DNA of 64,000 nt, from positions 32,001 to 96,000 of the IMG/VR virus record IMGVR_UViG_3300037067_026010, one strand, 5' to 3'. Source of the stretch: a virus (lineage: Duplodnaviria > Caudoviricetes). Made by a program: the position numbers and the translations under genes. This document shows, in pieces, positions 29,101-36,975 of this stretch. How positions within the stretch are numbered: position 1 is the first letter of the stretch; each line of letters opens with the position of its first letter. Under the pieces are notes generated by a model that saw only the letters and a list, made by a program, of their open reading frames with translations, had not been told where the DNA came from and did not search any database.

Positions 29101-32100
29101 CGTACGTTCGTTCGTTCGCACCGGGTGAATGCCGGAGGCGCGCAATTGGTTGATGAATTTTTCGTAGGCGACCGGCACGCGCGGCGTCGCCGGCTTGTGC
29201 CCCTGCATGTATTGTGCCCAGTAATCGGGATTGGCCTGGCCGCGCAGCAATTTCATGTCGCGAAGCACTTGCGTGCTGCCGTACGAAAGAAGGGCGCCTG
29301 ATTCCAATAACCCAAGCCGTTTGGAATTTGCAACCAGCGCCTGTCCGGCTATGTAAGTATGCGTATCCGCCACGGTAATATCGTATACATTCACTTCCGT
29401 TATTCCTGCTTTGTCGTGACGGTAAGGCCGGATACTCGCAATGCGCATAGGCACCAGGCCTAAACGGCTTACGCTGTCAATAGGCCGGGGCAACAAGTTA
29501 TGCTGCGCGTCCGCCACAAATCGTCGCAGGAAGGGTTTGGAGCCAGGAATAGCTGCGGCAGGCACCCATTGGGCGACAATTTCCGCCAATTTTCGACAGG
29601 CGTCCGCAGAGAGGCAAATATTTTTATCCTGCCCTAATGTGCATGTCGTGGCGTAGCGGGTATTGAGCCAATCCAATAGCAACTGACACGAGACATTGTC
29701 AAAGCCCATCGTACAAAGCTTACCCGTCAGGTGTACTCGACCTTTCTTCTTTGCTCGATTGGTAATAGACCCGTCATCCAATACCCAGGCGGCAACGCTT
29801 AAATCCGATAGTTGCTGTAACCATTCGACTGTTACGCGCTTTATATGGTTATCATCATAACAGGTCCGCTGTAGTGTGGCACATACATGATCTTCGTTAA
29901 TCCACAACACCCGACTATGATGCCGTTTACGTTTACCGCGCCCGTCGCCATGCACCGAGTCACAACTGCCTGGGCAGAGACCTCCCAGAATTTTACGTTT
30001 CCATTGCAAATACGCGCTTTGTTTTATCGAATGTTCGCAGCTGACCGCGTTGTTGTCTACCGTAGCGTCCCCCAACATAGTCCCATACAAAAAGGCCCAT
30101 TGCTGTGCCGTAGGTAACAGGCCCCACGTGATCAGCTGATCGTTTTGCCGTAACTCGCTCACCGGAATACGCCCGCGGGTATACTCAAAAATTTCATGGT
30201 TCCGCGTGGCATACAGGCAAGATCGTGTTCTATTTACGCGTGAGGTCTTTTCGCAAGGTCCACCGATCGTTTCAATTGTCACGATGTCGTCGATGTTTGC
30301 CCGATAAATAAACCAATCAATTACCGGGCGGTAGACCCACTCCTGTAACTGCGGCGAAAAGGTACGGACTTGTACGCCCAGTTGTTTTTCACAAATAGCG
30401 GCAATATCCATGCTGCCGCGTATCGTGACAATCTGCTGTTTAGCCGTAAAACAGCCTGCAGCGCCACCTTTCGCCGGCGCCATGTCCATCGTGTAAGCGC
30501 CTAGTCCACGACCTTGCAGTTTGTGTTCGGCTTGATGGTGCAGTTTCATCATGAAGATGTTTCCGGCCAGCACGCCGCTGATCTTGCGATCGGTCGTCGG
30601 GTCGGTGATGTCTTCGAGATCGCTTATGCCGTGTTTGCGGCATTCTTCCAATGCCCACGCCGCCAGATCCTTTTGGTCGTCGAAGTCGGGAACCTTGTAC
30701 GGTTTCCCCGTTTTTTCGGCGATTTTACCGAGCGCAACTTCGATAACCTGCGCCGGATTGGTTCTCGACAATATGCTCAGGGGATCCATGAGCACCTCGA
30801 AGGGCCGGCCGTCGGCGCCGTGCGGCATTTCGCCGTCGGGAATGATGGCGGACACGACCATCTTATTGCCGTGCCGGCCCGCCAGCTTGTCCCCCACCTG
30901 CATCTGCGCCGTGCTCTTGACGATGACGTTGATTCCTTTGGGCGATACGTCCACGTCGGTCACCAAACCCGGATTATGGTGCTCCCACAATATAGATTCA
31001 TCAATGGGCGTCAGTTTGCGATGCACCTGCTTGGCAGTCGCAGCGCGTTTGCGCGCCACGAGGACCAGCGGCTCCCCTGGTTGCACTGTCGTCCCGGGTT
31101 TGATGACGCCGCGTTCGTCGAAATTCGCCAGGATCTTGCGATCGAATTTGCCGGGAAACATGCTCCGAAAATAGGACTTGTCGGTGCGGACCGTGCTGTC
31201 GTCCAGGTCGAGACCGTGCTGATACATATGCTCGGATACCAGCCGCTTCGCCGCGCTCTCGGAGATAACGGTAGCGTCCTCGTGGTTCAAACCGCGGAAA
31301 GGAATGTACGCCGCGCGCAGATTCCGCCCGATGGCCATCGTCCCCTGTGCATCCGTATAATTCGACTTGGCCAGGAGTTGACCTGGTTGTACGACATCTC
31401 CGGGGCGCACGGCCGGAGTCTGGTGCCAGTACGTTTTGCGATTTGACGGGAAGTGGTTGTACAGCTCGTGCGTTTCCGTGTTGCCGTCCGCACGGCGGAC
31501 CACAATGCCGTCCGGCGTGACGCTTTCCACCTTTCCCGGCTTGTCCGCGTACAAAGCCCCCATGTATCGCGAATACTCCTCTTCGTACGAGCGATCGGGC
31601 CGTTCCGGCATGGCATTCTGCACGAGTGGTGCCTCGGGATCGATCAATGGGAGCGCTTGGGCGATCATGCGTGAAGACATTATTGCCCTCTGGCCTTTTA
31701 CTAGACTCTTGAGGGGCACGAGGTTGCCCAGCGGGCTGAAGGCATGCTCCATGTACGGCAATTCAAATGCAACTTCCGCGCGCGGCACATTTTTGATTTT
31801 GCCGTTGACGACTGCAGCGACGTACGGGCTATTGCGCCGGAGTTCGTTCGGAAAAGCTACGGCTTGGCCTACCAGGTCCTGCGGGGTTTTATAGACGGTT
31901 CGGCCTTGCATGTCCTGCAATTGCGCGTAGAGCTTGCCGTTCGGGCCTTTCCTGGTATGCACCGCCATGCGCAAGTCGATTCCCGACTTGGTCGACTCCG
32001 GCGTACGTAGAAAGTCCACAAGAGCGAGTTGACTGGCGTGGACGACCCTGGATTCCTGCGGAACCGCCTCCGAGGACAGGCCGCCCTCGCCCAAGCGCGT

Positions 32101-33243
32101 TACGCGCGTCTGGTGATCCAAGAGTTCGGCAGGATTGACCTCCTCGGGAGATTGGCCCAAGCCGCTCGTCAGCAGCGCGGACTGCAGCGCGCCATTGAAC
32201 ATGCCGGGTATCAGATGTTCCAGATTGCCGCGTGCGCTCGCTTTCCATAAAAGCTTTTGCAGCGTGCCGCGATCGCGCTTGATGCGTTCCGCAAAAATAT
32301 CCTCGGGGCCGAGGATGCGCTGGTAGGCCATGTCGTCGCGATCGTCGACCTCCGATTCGCGCCGATTCACGGCAATAAGCTTTTTAGTCACGGCCAGCAG
32401 CGTGTCGGGGGTCACGCGCGTAAACGGCTGACCCAGCGTTCGCTGCGTCACGACGGGATCGATCTCCATGCGTTCGAATACTTCGCGCAGCGATTGCTCC
32501 TGGGCTTCATAAGGAGCGTTCGGGTCGCTGTATTTGCACAGCCGTTTGTAGAGCGCCTGGATTTTCTTCGGGTCGTCTTTCTGCATATTCGCCGCGGTCA
32601 GCTCGTTGCCCCAGGCGTCCCGTATAGCCTTTTCGGAAAGACCGAGCGTCTTCAAAAGCGGGAAAAGCGGCAGTTGCGCCTGGCCGATCTGCATCGTGAA
32701 GATGCCGGTGGACGGCTCCAGCGAAATCCTGTGCCCCAGACCCTTGGCGACGTTGACGTGCGCTTCGATCTCGCCGTTGGCCTTTTCCCGCGTAAATACG
32801 CCGGGCAACAGACGCAATTGATGCGCCATGCTGTATTCGGTGCCGTTGTGGATAAAGGTGCCGCGTTCCGTCAAGTGCGGCACCGTCCCCAGCGTTACTT
32901 TGCGCCGGGCCGTTTCCTGCCCATTGGCGCCGGTCAGCACAAAAGTACCGCGCAACCGTCGGCCGGGCGAGCCGCGCCCAAGAATGGCCTGCTTTTGCGT
33001 GGCCAGCGAGAACTTATCCGGATCGGCATAGTGCACGTCGGTAAGCGCGAGGGTGTGGAGGGCGTTGCTGACGGGGGCCATATCGCGCGCGGCCTGCAGT
33101 GCGTTGTCGTAAAGCAGCTTTCGCGTGGCCGGCGCGTCGGCAAAGCGCCGCGAATCGGGTATTTCCGGCGTCGGCGGCAGAAACGGTTGTTCAGGAGCTG
33201 CCGGCGGCGTCATGGAATCAAGAATACTGTTGCTCATAGCCAT
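26116..33243 (-). CDS. rpoB: Phage RNA polymerase beta subunit fused to beta' N-terminal/catalytic part, with two inteins
   Basis: Beta motifs GTFIHNGTEY, RTPES, GLNHEDA, GDKLAGRHGNK and KLHHQAEHK, then beta' motifs VPVLPPFFRP, LLGGSVD, NRAPTLH and ADFDGD. The likely start is ATG 33243, since the longer ORF overlaps the upstream gene. Confidence 0.92.
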   Translation of the reverse strand: MAMSNSILDSMTPPAAPEQPFLPPTPEIPDSRRFADAPATRKLLYDNALQAARDMAPVSNALHTLALTDVHYADPDKFSLATQKQAILGRGSPGRRLRGTFVLTGANGQETARRKVTLGTVPHLTERGTFIHNGTEYSMAHQLRLLPGVFTREKANGEIEAHVNVAKGLGHRISLEPSTGIFTMQIGQAQLPLFPLLKTLGLSEKAIRDAWGNELTAANMQKDDPKKIQALYKRLCKYSDPNAPYEAQEQSLREVFERMEIDPVVTQRTLGQPFTRVTPDTLLAVTKKLIAVNRRESEVDDRDDMAYQRILGPEDIFAERIKRDRGTLQKLLWKASARGNLEHLIPGMFNGALQSALLTSGLGQSPEEVNPAELLDHQTRVTRLGEGGLSSEAVPQESRVVHASQLALVDFLRTPESTKSGIDLRMAVHTRKGPNGKLYAQLQDMQGRTVYKTPQDLVGQAVAFPNELRRNSPYVAAVVNGKIKNVPRAEVAFELPYMEHAFSPLGNLVPLKSLVKGQRAIMSSRMIAQALPLIDPEAPLVQNAMPERPDRSYEEEYSRYMGALYADKPGKVESVTPDGIVVRRADGNTETHELYNHFPSNRKTYWHQTPAVRPGDVVQPGQLLAKSNYTDAQGTMAIGRNLRAAYIPFRGLNHEDATVISESAAKRLVSEHMYQHGLDLDDSTVRTDKSYFRSMFPGKFDRKILANFDERGVIKPGTTVQPGEPLVLVARKRAATAKQVHRKLTPIDESILWEHHNPGLVTDVDVSPKGINVIVKSTAQMQVGDKLAGRHGNKMVVSAIIPDGEMPHGADGRPFEVLMDPLSILSRTNPAQVIEVALGKIAEKTGKPYKVPDFDDQKDLAAWALEECRKHGISDLEDITDPTTDRKISGVLAGNIFMMKLHHQAEHKLQGRGLGAYTMDMAPAKGGAAGCFTAKQQIVTIRGSMDIAAICEKQLGVQVRTFSPQLQEWVYRPVIDWFIYRANIDDIVTIETIGGPCEKTSRVNRTRSCLYATRNHEIFEYTRGRIPVSELRQNDQLITWGLLPTAQQWAFLYGTMLGDATVDNNAVSCEHSIKQSAYLQWKRKILGGLCPGSCDSVHGDGRGKRKRHHSRVLWINEDHVCATLQRTCYDDNHIKRVTVEWLQQLSDLSVAAWVLDDGSITNRAKKKGRVHLTGKLCTMGFDNVSCQLLLDWLNTRYATTCTLGQDKNICLSADACRKLAEIVAQWVPAAAIPGSKPFLRRFVADAQHNLLPRPIDSVSRLGLVPMRIASIRPYRHDKAGITEVNVYDITVADTHTYIAGQALVANSKRLGLLESGALLSYGSTQVLRDMKLLRGQANPDYWAQYMQGHKPATPRVPVAYEKFINQLRASGIHPVRTNERTQIMALTSRDVEQLAGDREIKGTPDGRGGLTLETVDWKDLSPVPGGLFDPATTGGHGGRNWAYIALPYPVPNPAMEDPIRRMLGLTEQQFQDIIGNKLQLNGTTGPQAIGTALANINVDKEIERCREDIRSAKKSRRDIAVRRLGYLKSAQELQLHPREWMLDKVPVLPPFFRPVSTLGAKKLPLVDDANLLYKELFDSVQLLKQAQEQLGDNVGEEHQNVYNAFKGVVGLGDPIHPKNRERNVRGILREVFSHSPKFGSVQRRLLGGSVDLVGRAVIVPDPELDMDTVGLPEDKAWEIYKPFVIRNLRRNNVPTLRANALVEDRSPTARKALLEEMESRPVIINRAPTLHRFGLMAAKPQLAKGDVLRISPLIIGGLSADFDGDSQFSHVFWRCRKSKLDVIMRTSTKSSTFLQEHKMSARFKVALPHCRGYDVFLTHLQDFPHGELLHRTRGQHGPIDWFAVPEDVEVLAHCPVTGAAVWRHPTVWSVHRDCPMIAVTLQSGRQIFTDDDPRAVYGVACGTLALTRARPQDALSRKFMVPRAAHLASLEHAELQIVRPPLPDTVQPLWLKPQIALDEDFGYLCGCAVGDGWTTRLRGVIRDFSLAGISGEVQEKIARIIASLFAGDGPKGVHIISTASYGHSQRITYNSVTLARLLAPMIGHTAEAKHLPGWFLAAPRAARMGLFAGCMDTDGSISIARAKGKKPQLMSGYSSRSLRLVQEVRLLAASLGIRGRITPSNTPAGLPFWQLSFANGDIAKWGGAVMVHTDKLQKLRSIVVEATPAAVRHDLIPVSFELAKWLTGLMYTPKNHKKWPAGQEAIYMAFMRARHSGYVTRQSAERITKFVDVTKAAMHPEWELWQNIVGNTDITWEQVANVEVGEQCVTGYDLTVPGPETFMDVDGVFLSNTMQFHVPGTDEAAQEALEKMLPSSNLFSPSTFQVHQTPGKEYTAGLYEASGAIDKKNKPVHFATVADAVRAYRQGKINVDRQVVVHN
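26380..27948 (-). mobile_element. Intein (523 aa) with LAGLIDADG endonuclease, inserted immediately after the catalytic ADFDGD
   Basis: ADFDGD|SQFSHV...YLCGCAVGDG...FAGCMDTDG...YDLTVPGPETFMDVDGVFLSN|TMQFHVP; removing it restores ADFDGDTMQFHVP. Confidence 0.88.
29326..30453 (-). mobile_element. Intein (376 aa) with LAGLIDADG endonuclease, in the beta C-terminal conserved region
   Basis: KGGAAG|CFTAKQQI...ATRNH...YGTMLGDA...WVLDDGS...VYDITVADTHTYIAGQALVAN|SKRLGLLE. Confidence 0.9.
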
Positions 33244-33245
33244 TG

Positions 33246-34286
33246 CTACGCCTGGGCGAATTCTTCGGGGGTAACGACATCTGCCACGGCCACGGGCGGC
33301 GTGGGCCTGCCAGCGCGCTCCATCCGTCGTTGCCGCAGGGCTTCTTCGAGGGCGTGGGCTTTGCTCCGCGATCGCGTCCATTGATAAGTGCCGATGCCGG
33401 ATCCGACGGCCAGCAGCCCCATCAGCGTCGCCATGGCACCTTCCGTGTAATTTGCCGCGGTGCTTACCGGTTGCGGCGCGAGTTGGCCGAGACTGGGCAC
33501 AGAGATAGGCGCACCGGTAAACGGATTCGTATAATCCGCGCATTTGCTCCAGGCGTCGGCCAGTTGCTGCATGGTGGCACCGATTCCCGCACTCGCGGTT
33601 TTGGCAGGCGGCAGCATAGCGGCATATTGCTCGTTTAAAGCCGCACGGTACTCCGATTTGCTTTGTTGCAGTTTCTTCGCCAGTTCGGCTTTGCGGCGTT
33701 TTGCCAGCAGCCAGTCCACCAGTTTCCAACCGCCGAACACCGATAGTCCGGCAGCCCCTAAACCGATAGGGATGTACGCAGCGCTAAACCTGGGATCGGG
33801 GGCCGGCATCCCGGCAACATCCGCCGTACCGGGTGCAACCGGTTCCAATTTTTTTGCCAGCCAGCCGCTGATACCGTCGTCCGCGGCCTGTTTGGCCAGA
33901 TCCGCAGCAAGAGTGTCGAGAGAGCCATACTTGTAGGCTGGTGCACGCTGCGCCTGTAAGGCCAGCCGCCGTAAATCCGAATCGGGCGTCAGTCCCAGCC
34001 GCGCTTTGTCCTCGACATCCTGGGCTTCTTGCTGCACTACTGGGATACGCAAAGTGCGCGGCAGCACGGGACTGGCGTCCTGCGGTGGTTTTGCCCCCGA
34101 TAAGACGCGCATAAGCTCCAATGCTCCCCGGCCGACCATGCCGGCTCCAAGGGCCGCGCCGGACGCGTTGAGAACGGCTTTGAGCGCCTGGACCTTGCGG
34201 GCTTGTTCCGCAGCGTCCTCCGCCAGTTTGCGAAGCTCACGCGGCCCCACCTGGGGCAAGCGGGAAAGTGTAGGTGTCGGCAGCAT
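33246..34286 (-). CDS. Glycine-zipper membrane protein with KxA sites
   Basis: Three hydrophobic Gly-rich segments separated by RKLA, AKQAA, AKTAS and SKCA. Confidence 0.7.
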   Translation of the reverse strand: MLPTPTLSRLPQVGPRELRKLAEDAAEQARKVQALKAVLNASGAALGAGMVGRGALELMRVLSGAKPPQDASPVLPRTLRIPVVQQEAQDVEDKARLGLTPDSDLRRLALQAQRAPAYKYGSLDTLAADLAKQAADDGISGWLAKKLEPVAPGTADVAGMPAPDPRFSAAYIPIGLGAAGLSVFGGWKLVDWLLAKRRKAELAKKLQQSKSEYRAALNEQYAAMLPPAKTASAGIGATMQQLADAWSKCADYTNPFTGAPISVPSLGQLAPQPVSTAANYTEGAMATLMGLLAVGSGIGTYQWTRSRSKAHALEEALRQRRMERAGRPTPPVAVADVVTPEEFAQA

Positions 34287-34659
34287 CGTGACTACTCCCT
34301 GGAGTTTTACCGTTTGGCTGTTCGCCGTAGATTTGTACCCACTCTAGCCAGACGGTCAGGCCGTTGTTCGTAGTGTCCCACTGGTCCACGCGTTTATGCT
34401 GCATGTACCAGCCGTTGACGATACGGTCCATGATCTCGTCAAAATTTTTCTTCTCGTCCTCCGCCCATAAATGAAAGAGCCGAGAATGATAATCCATTCG
34501 AACCGGCAGCGCTTCGAATTCATCTTGCCGCAGGTTCGGAGGGATACCTCCGCGAAACGGGTAGCCGTCGGCGGTGCCAGGCCAATGCAGTTTATCGCCA
34601 TGCCCGGTTTCCGGACCACCTTGGTCCTGAAAATATTTAAGCATCGACGTTTCCGGCAT
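34237..34659 (-). CDS. Hypothetical protein
   Basis: Start ATG 34659 with GAGGT RBS. Confidence 0.7.
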   Translation of the reverse strand: MPETSMLKYFQDQGGPETGHGDKLHWPGTADGYPFRGGIPPNLRQDEFEALPVRMDYHSRLFHLWAEDEKKNFDEIMDRIVNGWYMQHKRVDQWDTTNNGLTVWLEWVQIYGEQPNGKTPGSSHDAADTYTFPLAPGGAA

Positions 34660-34681
34660 ACGACACCTCGTGCAAAACAGG

Positions 34682-34705
34682 GCGCCCCGGGCGAACCCGG
34701 GGCGC
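34682..34705 (-). terminator. GC hairpin with UUCG loop, possible terminator
   Basis: Minus strand GCGCCCCGGG-TTCG-CCCGGGGCGC then CCTGTTTT. Confidence 0.55.
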
Positions 34706-34721
34706 ATCTTGTCTATCAGCT

Positions 34722-34943
34722 TCAGCTAAGGACCTTCAGATCCTTTTCGGTAAAGCGGTTTCCACCGCTGGCAGCACCGTCTTGTCGGACGATGGCGAAG
34801 GGCCCGACCGTGCATTCGGGCGAGTTGCCTTGCCAATCCGTATAAGACGTATTGTCCAGCGCCGTAACTACACCAGTTGTCTTACGAAACTGGCTGTTTT
34901 GGCTCATGACACGAACGCGTTGCGCGACACTGGGAAGCGACAT
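34722..34943 (-). CDS. Small hypothetical protein (SH3/KOW-like pattern)
   Basis: 73 aa, GGAGG RBS; AQRVRV...TTGVVT. Confidence 0.6.
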   Translation of the reverse strand: MSLPSVAQRVRVMSQNSQFRKTTGVVTALDNTSYTDWQGNSPECTVGPFAIVRQDGAASGGNRFTEKDLKVLS

Positions 34944-34961
34944 AATTAAACCTCCATGTTT

Positions 34962-35327
34962 TTAGCGTGGTGTGAGCATAAACTCCGGCCGTGGTTGCCG
35001 GAAACCTCTGCGGGCGCGTGCCTGCCGTACCCGTTCCGCTTGGAGCTGGTAAGCCTGCATGAGCTCGCGGCGCTTTTCGTCTTCAACATCTGCCTCGGGC
35101 TCGGTTGCCTTTGCCGCGAGGTACCCGCCGCCGGCGCCGACGCCGATGGCACCAAGCATGCCAGCCGTCGTAAGACCGTAAGCAGTATTCGCCAATTCTT
35201 TCCAAAAACCGCGTTTCTCCAATAGGTCCACGGCGGTCTTGGCACGTGCTACCGTCTCTTCGGCCGATAACAATTCGTCCGTGCAACGGGCTAAAAATCC
35301 GAACTGGAAAGCTTCGTGCGGAGTCAT
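34962..35327 (-). CDS. Small glycine-zipper protein with KxA/KxG sites
   Basis: AKTAV and EKRGF, then GMLGAIGVGAGGGYL. Confidence 0.7.
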   Translation of the reverse strand: MTPHEAFQFGFLARCTDELLSAEETVARAKTAVDLLEKRGFWKELANTAYGLTTAGMLGAIGVGAGGGYLAAKATEPEADVEDEKRRELMQAYQLQAERVRQARARRGFRQPRPEFMLTPR

Positions 35328-35336
35328 GGCGTGTCC

Positions 35337-35885
35337 TTAAATATCCAAGAGGAGGCCTGTCCTATTTTTCTTGCGTGGCGGCCTATGCAGCCGTACGTGC
35401 GAGGCATTTGCCGCTACGGCATCCCGGACGGCGTCCGGTGTAGCCGTTCTGCCGGTAAATTTTCCGCGCGGCAGACTTGGCAACTGCGGGTAACCAGCTG
35501 CGTCACTGCCGGCGCTGAGCGACACCGTAGCGTTGCGTCGATGTTTTGTCCAGTACGCCTGGATTGCCGGGTCGCTCGGGTCGCCCATAAATCGCGCTTC
35601 TTTGATCGTTTCCGACAGGTCGTTCGCGGCCTTTTCGCAGAGGCGAGCTTCTTCGCGCATCCACGGACTGTCGTCCGCCGCAATTTGCTTTGCGAACTGG
35701 CCCAACGCCCGCACACGTTCGAGGGCCTCCGCAGGGGTAATAACGCAATATTCATGCTCTTGCTTATTCTCGCGTTCGTCGTACATCGCGAGGAGGCCCT
35801 CGCACGCAAAAAATACAAGCTGTTTGTGCCGGCGCAGCGGGCCTTGCCGCGCACCAATGGACCAAGCGGGTTTCTGGGTAATCAC
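35337..35885 (-). CDS. Hypothetical protein
   Basis: 182 aa, GTG start with GGAG RBS. Confidence 0.7.
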   Translation of the reverse strand: MITQKPAWSIGARQGPLRRHKQLVFFACEGLLAMYDERENKQEHEYCVITPAEALERVRALGQFAKQIAADDSPWMREEARLCEKAANDLSETIKEARFMGDPSDPAIQAYWTKHRRNATVSLSAGSDAAGYPQLPSLPRGKFTGRTATPDAVRDAVAANASHVRLHRPPRKKNRTGLLLDI

Positions 35886-35900
35886 GATAGCGTCTCCACA

Positions 35901-35916
35901 CGGTAATTAAGCACCG
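35901..35916 (+). repeat. 16-bp quasi-palindrome CGGTAATTAAGCACCG, copy 3
   Basis: Exact match; 15 bp upstream of the 35885 start. Confidence 0.9.
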
Positions 35917-36022
35917 AACCGTATGCATCTTATCGCATTTCCGACTGCAGAGCCATACGAAAACGGCTGCCGCGGACGAAGCCGGGCAGCCCGTATTTTA
36001 ACGCGGCGCACAGGTCGTAAGC

Positions 36023-36445
36023 CTATACCGGTGGTGCCGGTGGTGCCGGAGGTTGCGGTTGCGGCGCCAAGTTTGGCGAAGGTGGTGGTAAATTTGGCGG
36101 CGGCGGGTAGCTGGCCACGGTGAATCCAACCCATTGTTGGTAGAGCCGCACGAAAACCGCAAGGGCCGCCATAATCGGCGGCAGCAGCTTCTGCAACGTG
36201 CCATGTGCCGCCAACCATTCCGCGTCAATATGGCGCAATGCCTCCCACGACATCCAAGCTACGGCCAGCCAGAAGGATTTCGAACGGAGCAAACCGCTCA
36301 GATGTCTTCGCAGCCGGCGTAACCGGCGCAAGGCAATGCGGTCGGCATCCGCAGTAGTTGATGCACGATATGTCGTTTTTGCCCGACGTCGCTTCCGTTT
36401 AAGCGGATGCGTGGGCGGTACGTCGTGTAGGTGTGGGTCTTCCAT
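36023..36445 (-). CDS. Putative holin-like membrane protein
   Basis: LLRSKSFWLAV resembles the R-x-K-x-F-W start of several phage holins; two hydrophobic segments and a Pro-rich tail. Confidence 0.4.
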   Translation of the reverse strand: MEDPHLHDVPPTHPLKRKRRRAKTTYRASTTADADRIALRRLRRLRRHLSGLLRSKSFWLAVAWMSWEALRHIDAEWLAAHGTLQKLLPPIMAALAVFVRLYQQWVGFTVASYPPPPNLPPPSPNLAPQPQPPAPPAPPV

Positions 36446-36454
36446 GACGGCACC

Positions 36455-36964
36455 TCATTTTCGGTTTTGCGGGGCCGGCTGTGCGTACACAGGCTCCCAT
36501 TTACACGCTCCCGCATTACAGGTTTTTCGATAGTATAAAATACGACCTTGCTGTGCGGACGGTACCTTCGCCGGAACGGTTTCCGGTACTACAGCTTTTG
36601 GCAGCACCACTGGCAATTCGCCCGGATCTTGCGAGGCTGCTGGAGGTAACGGCAAATCCGGCACCACGGCATCACCGACCTCTTGTCCGGAGTCCGGAGC
36701 TGGTTTTGGCGGCTGCGGTGCCGGCGTCGGGCGGTCTGTATGCTTTAACAGGATCAACCCCATATCTGTGGCTGCCATGTCAAGATACACAGGATCTACC
36801 ACGATTGGCCCAGGTGTCGGGTGTGGTGTCGGGCTCGGCGTAGGCTGTGGTGCAGGTTGTGGCGTTGGTCGCGGCGGCACAGGCCTCGGACGACGATGAC
36901 AGCCACTTGCCGCAGGCCAAGCCAGGGCAAGCATAACGACAATTATGAGACAGCGGTTATACAT
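36455..36964 (-). CDS. Putative Pro-rich lipoprotein
   Basis: From ATG 36964 (AGGGAG RBS): MYNRCLIIVVMLALAWPAASGC, a signal peptide with a lipobox-like ASGC, followed by PTPQP repeats. Confidence 0.55.
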   Translation of the reverse strand: MYNRCLIIVVMLALAWPAASGCHRRPRPVPPRPTPQPAPQPTPSPTPHPTPGPIVVDPVYLDMAATDMGLILLKHTDRPTPAPQPPKPAPDSGQEVGDAVVPDLPLPPAASQDPGELPVVLPKAVVPETVPAKVPSAQQGRILYYRKTCNAGACKWEPVYAQPAPQNRK

Positions 36965-36975
36965 GGCACACTCCC

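Noticed and set aside
22006-33243. Interpretation as a cellular rpoB-rpoC locus
   Set aside because: No ribosomal protein neighbours, the subunits are reduced and re-split, and the flanks are capsid and tail genes.
33244-33729. N-terminal extension of the 2537-aa RNAP ORF
   Set aside because: It overlaps the 33246..34286 gene in another frame and is Arg-rich junk; the real start is near 33243.
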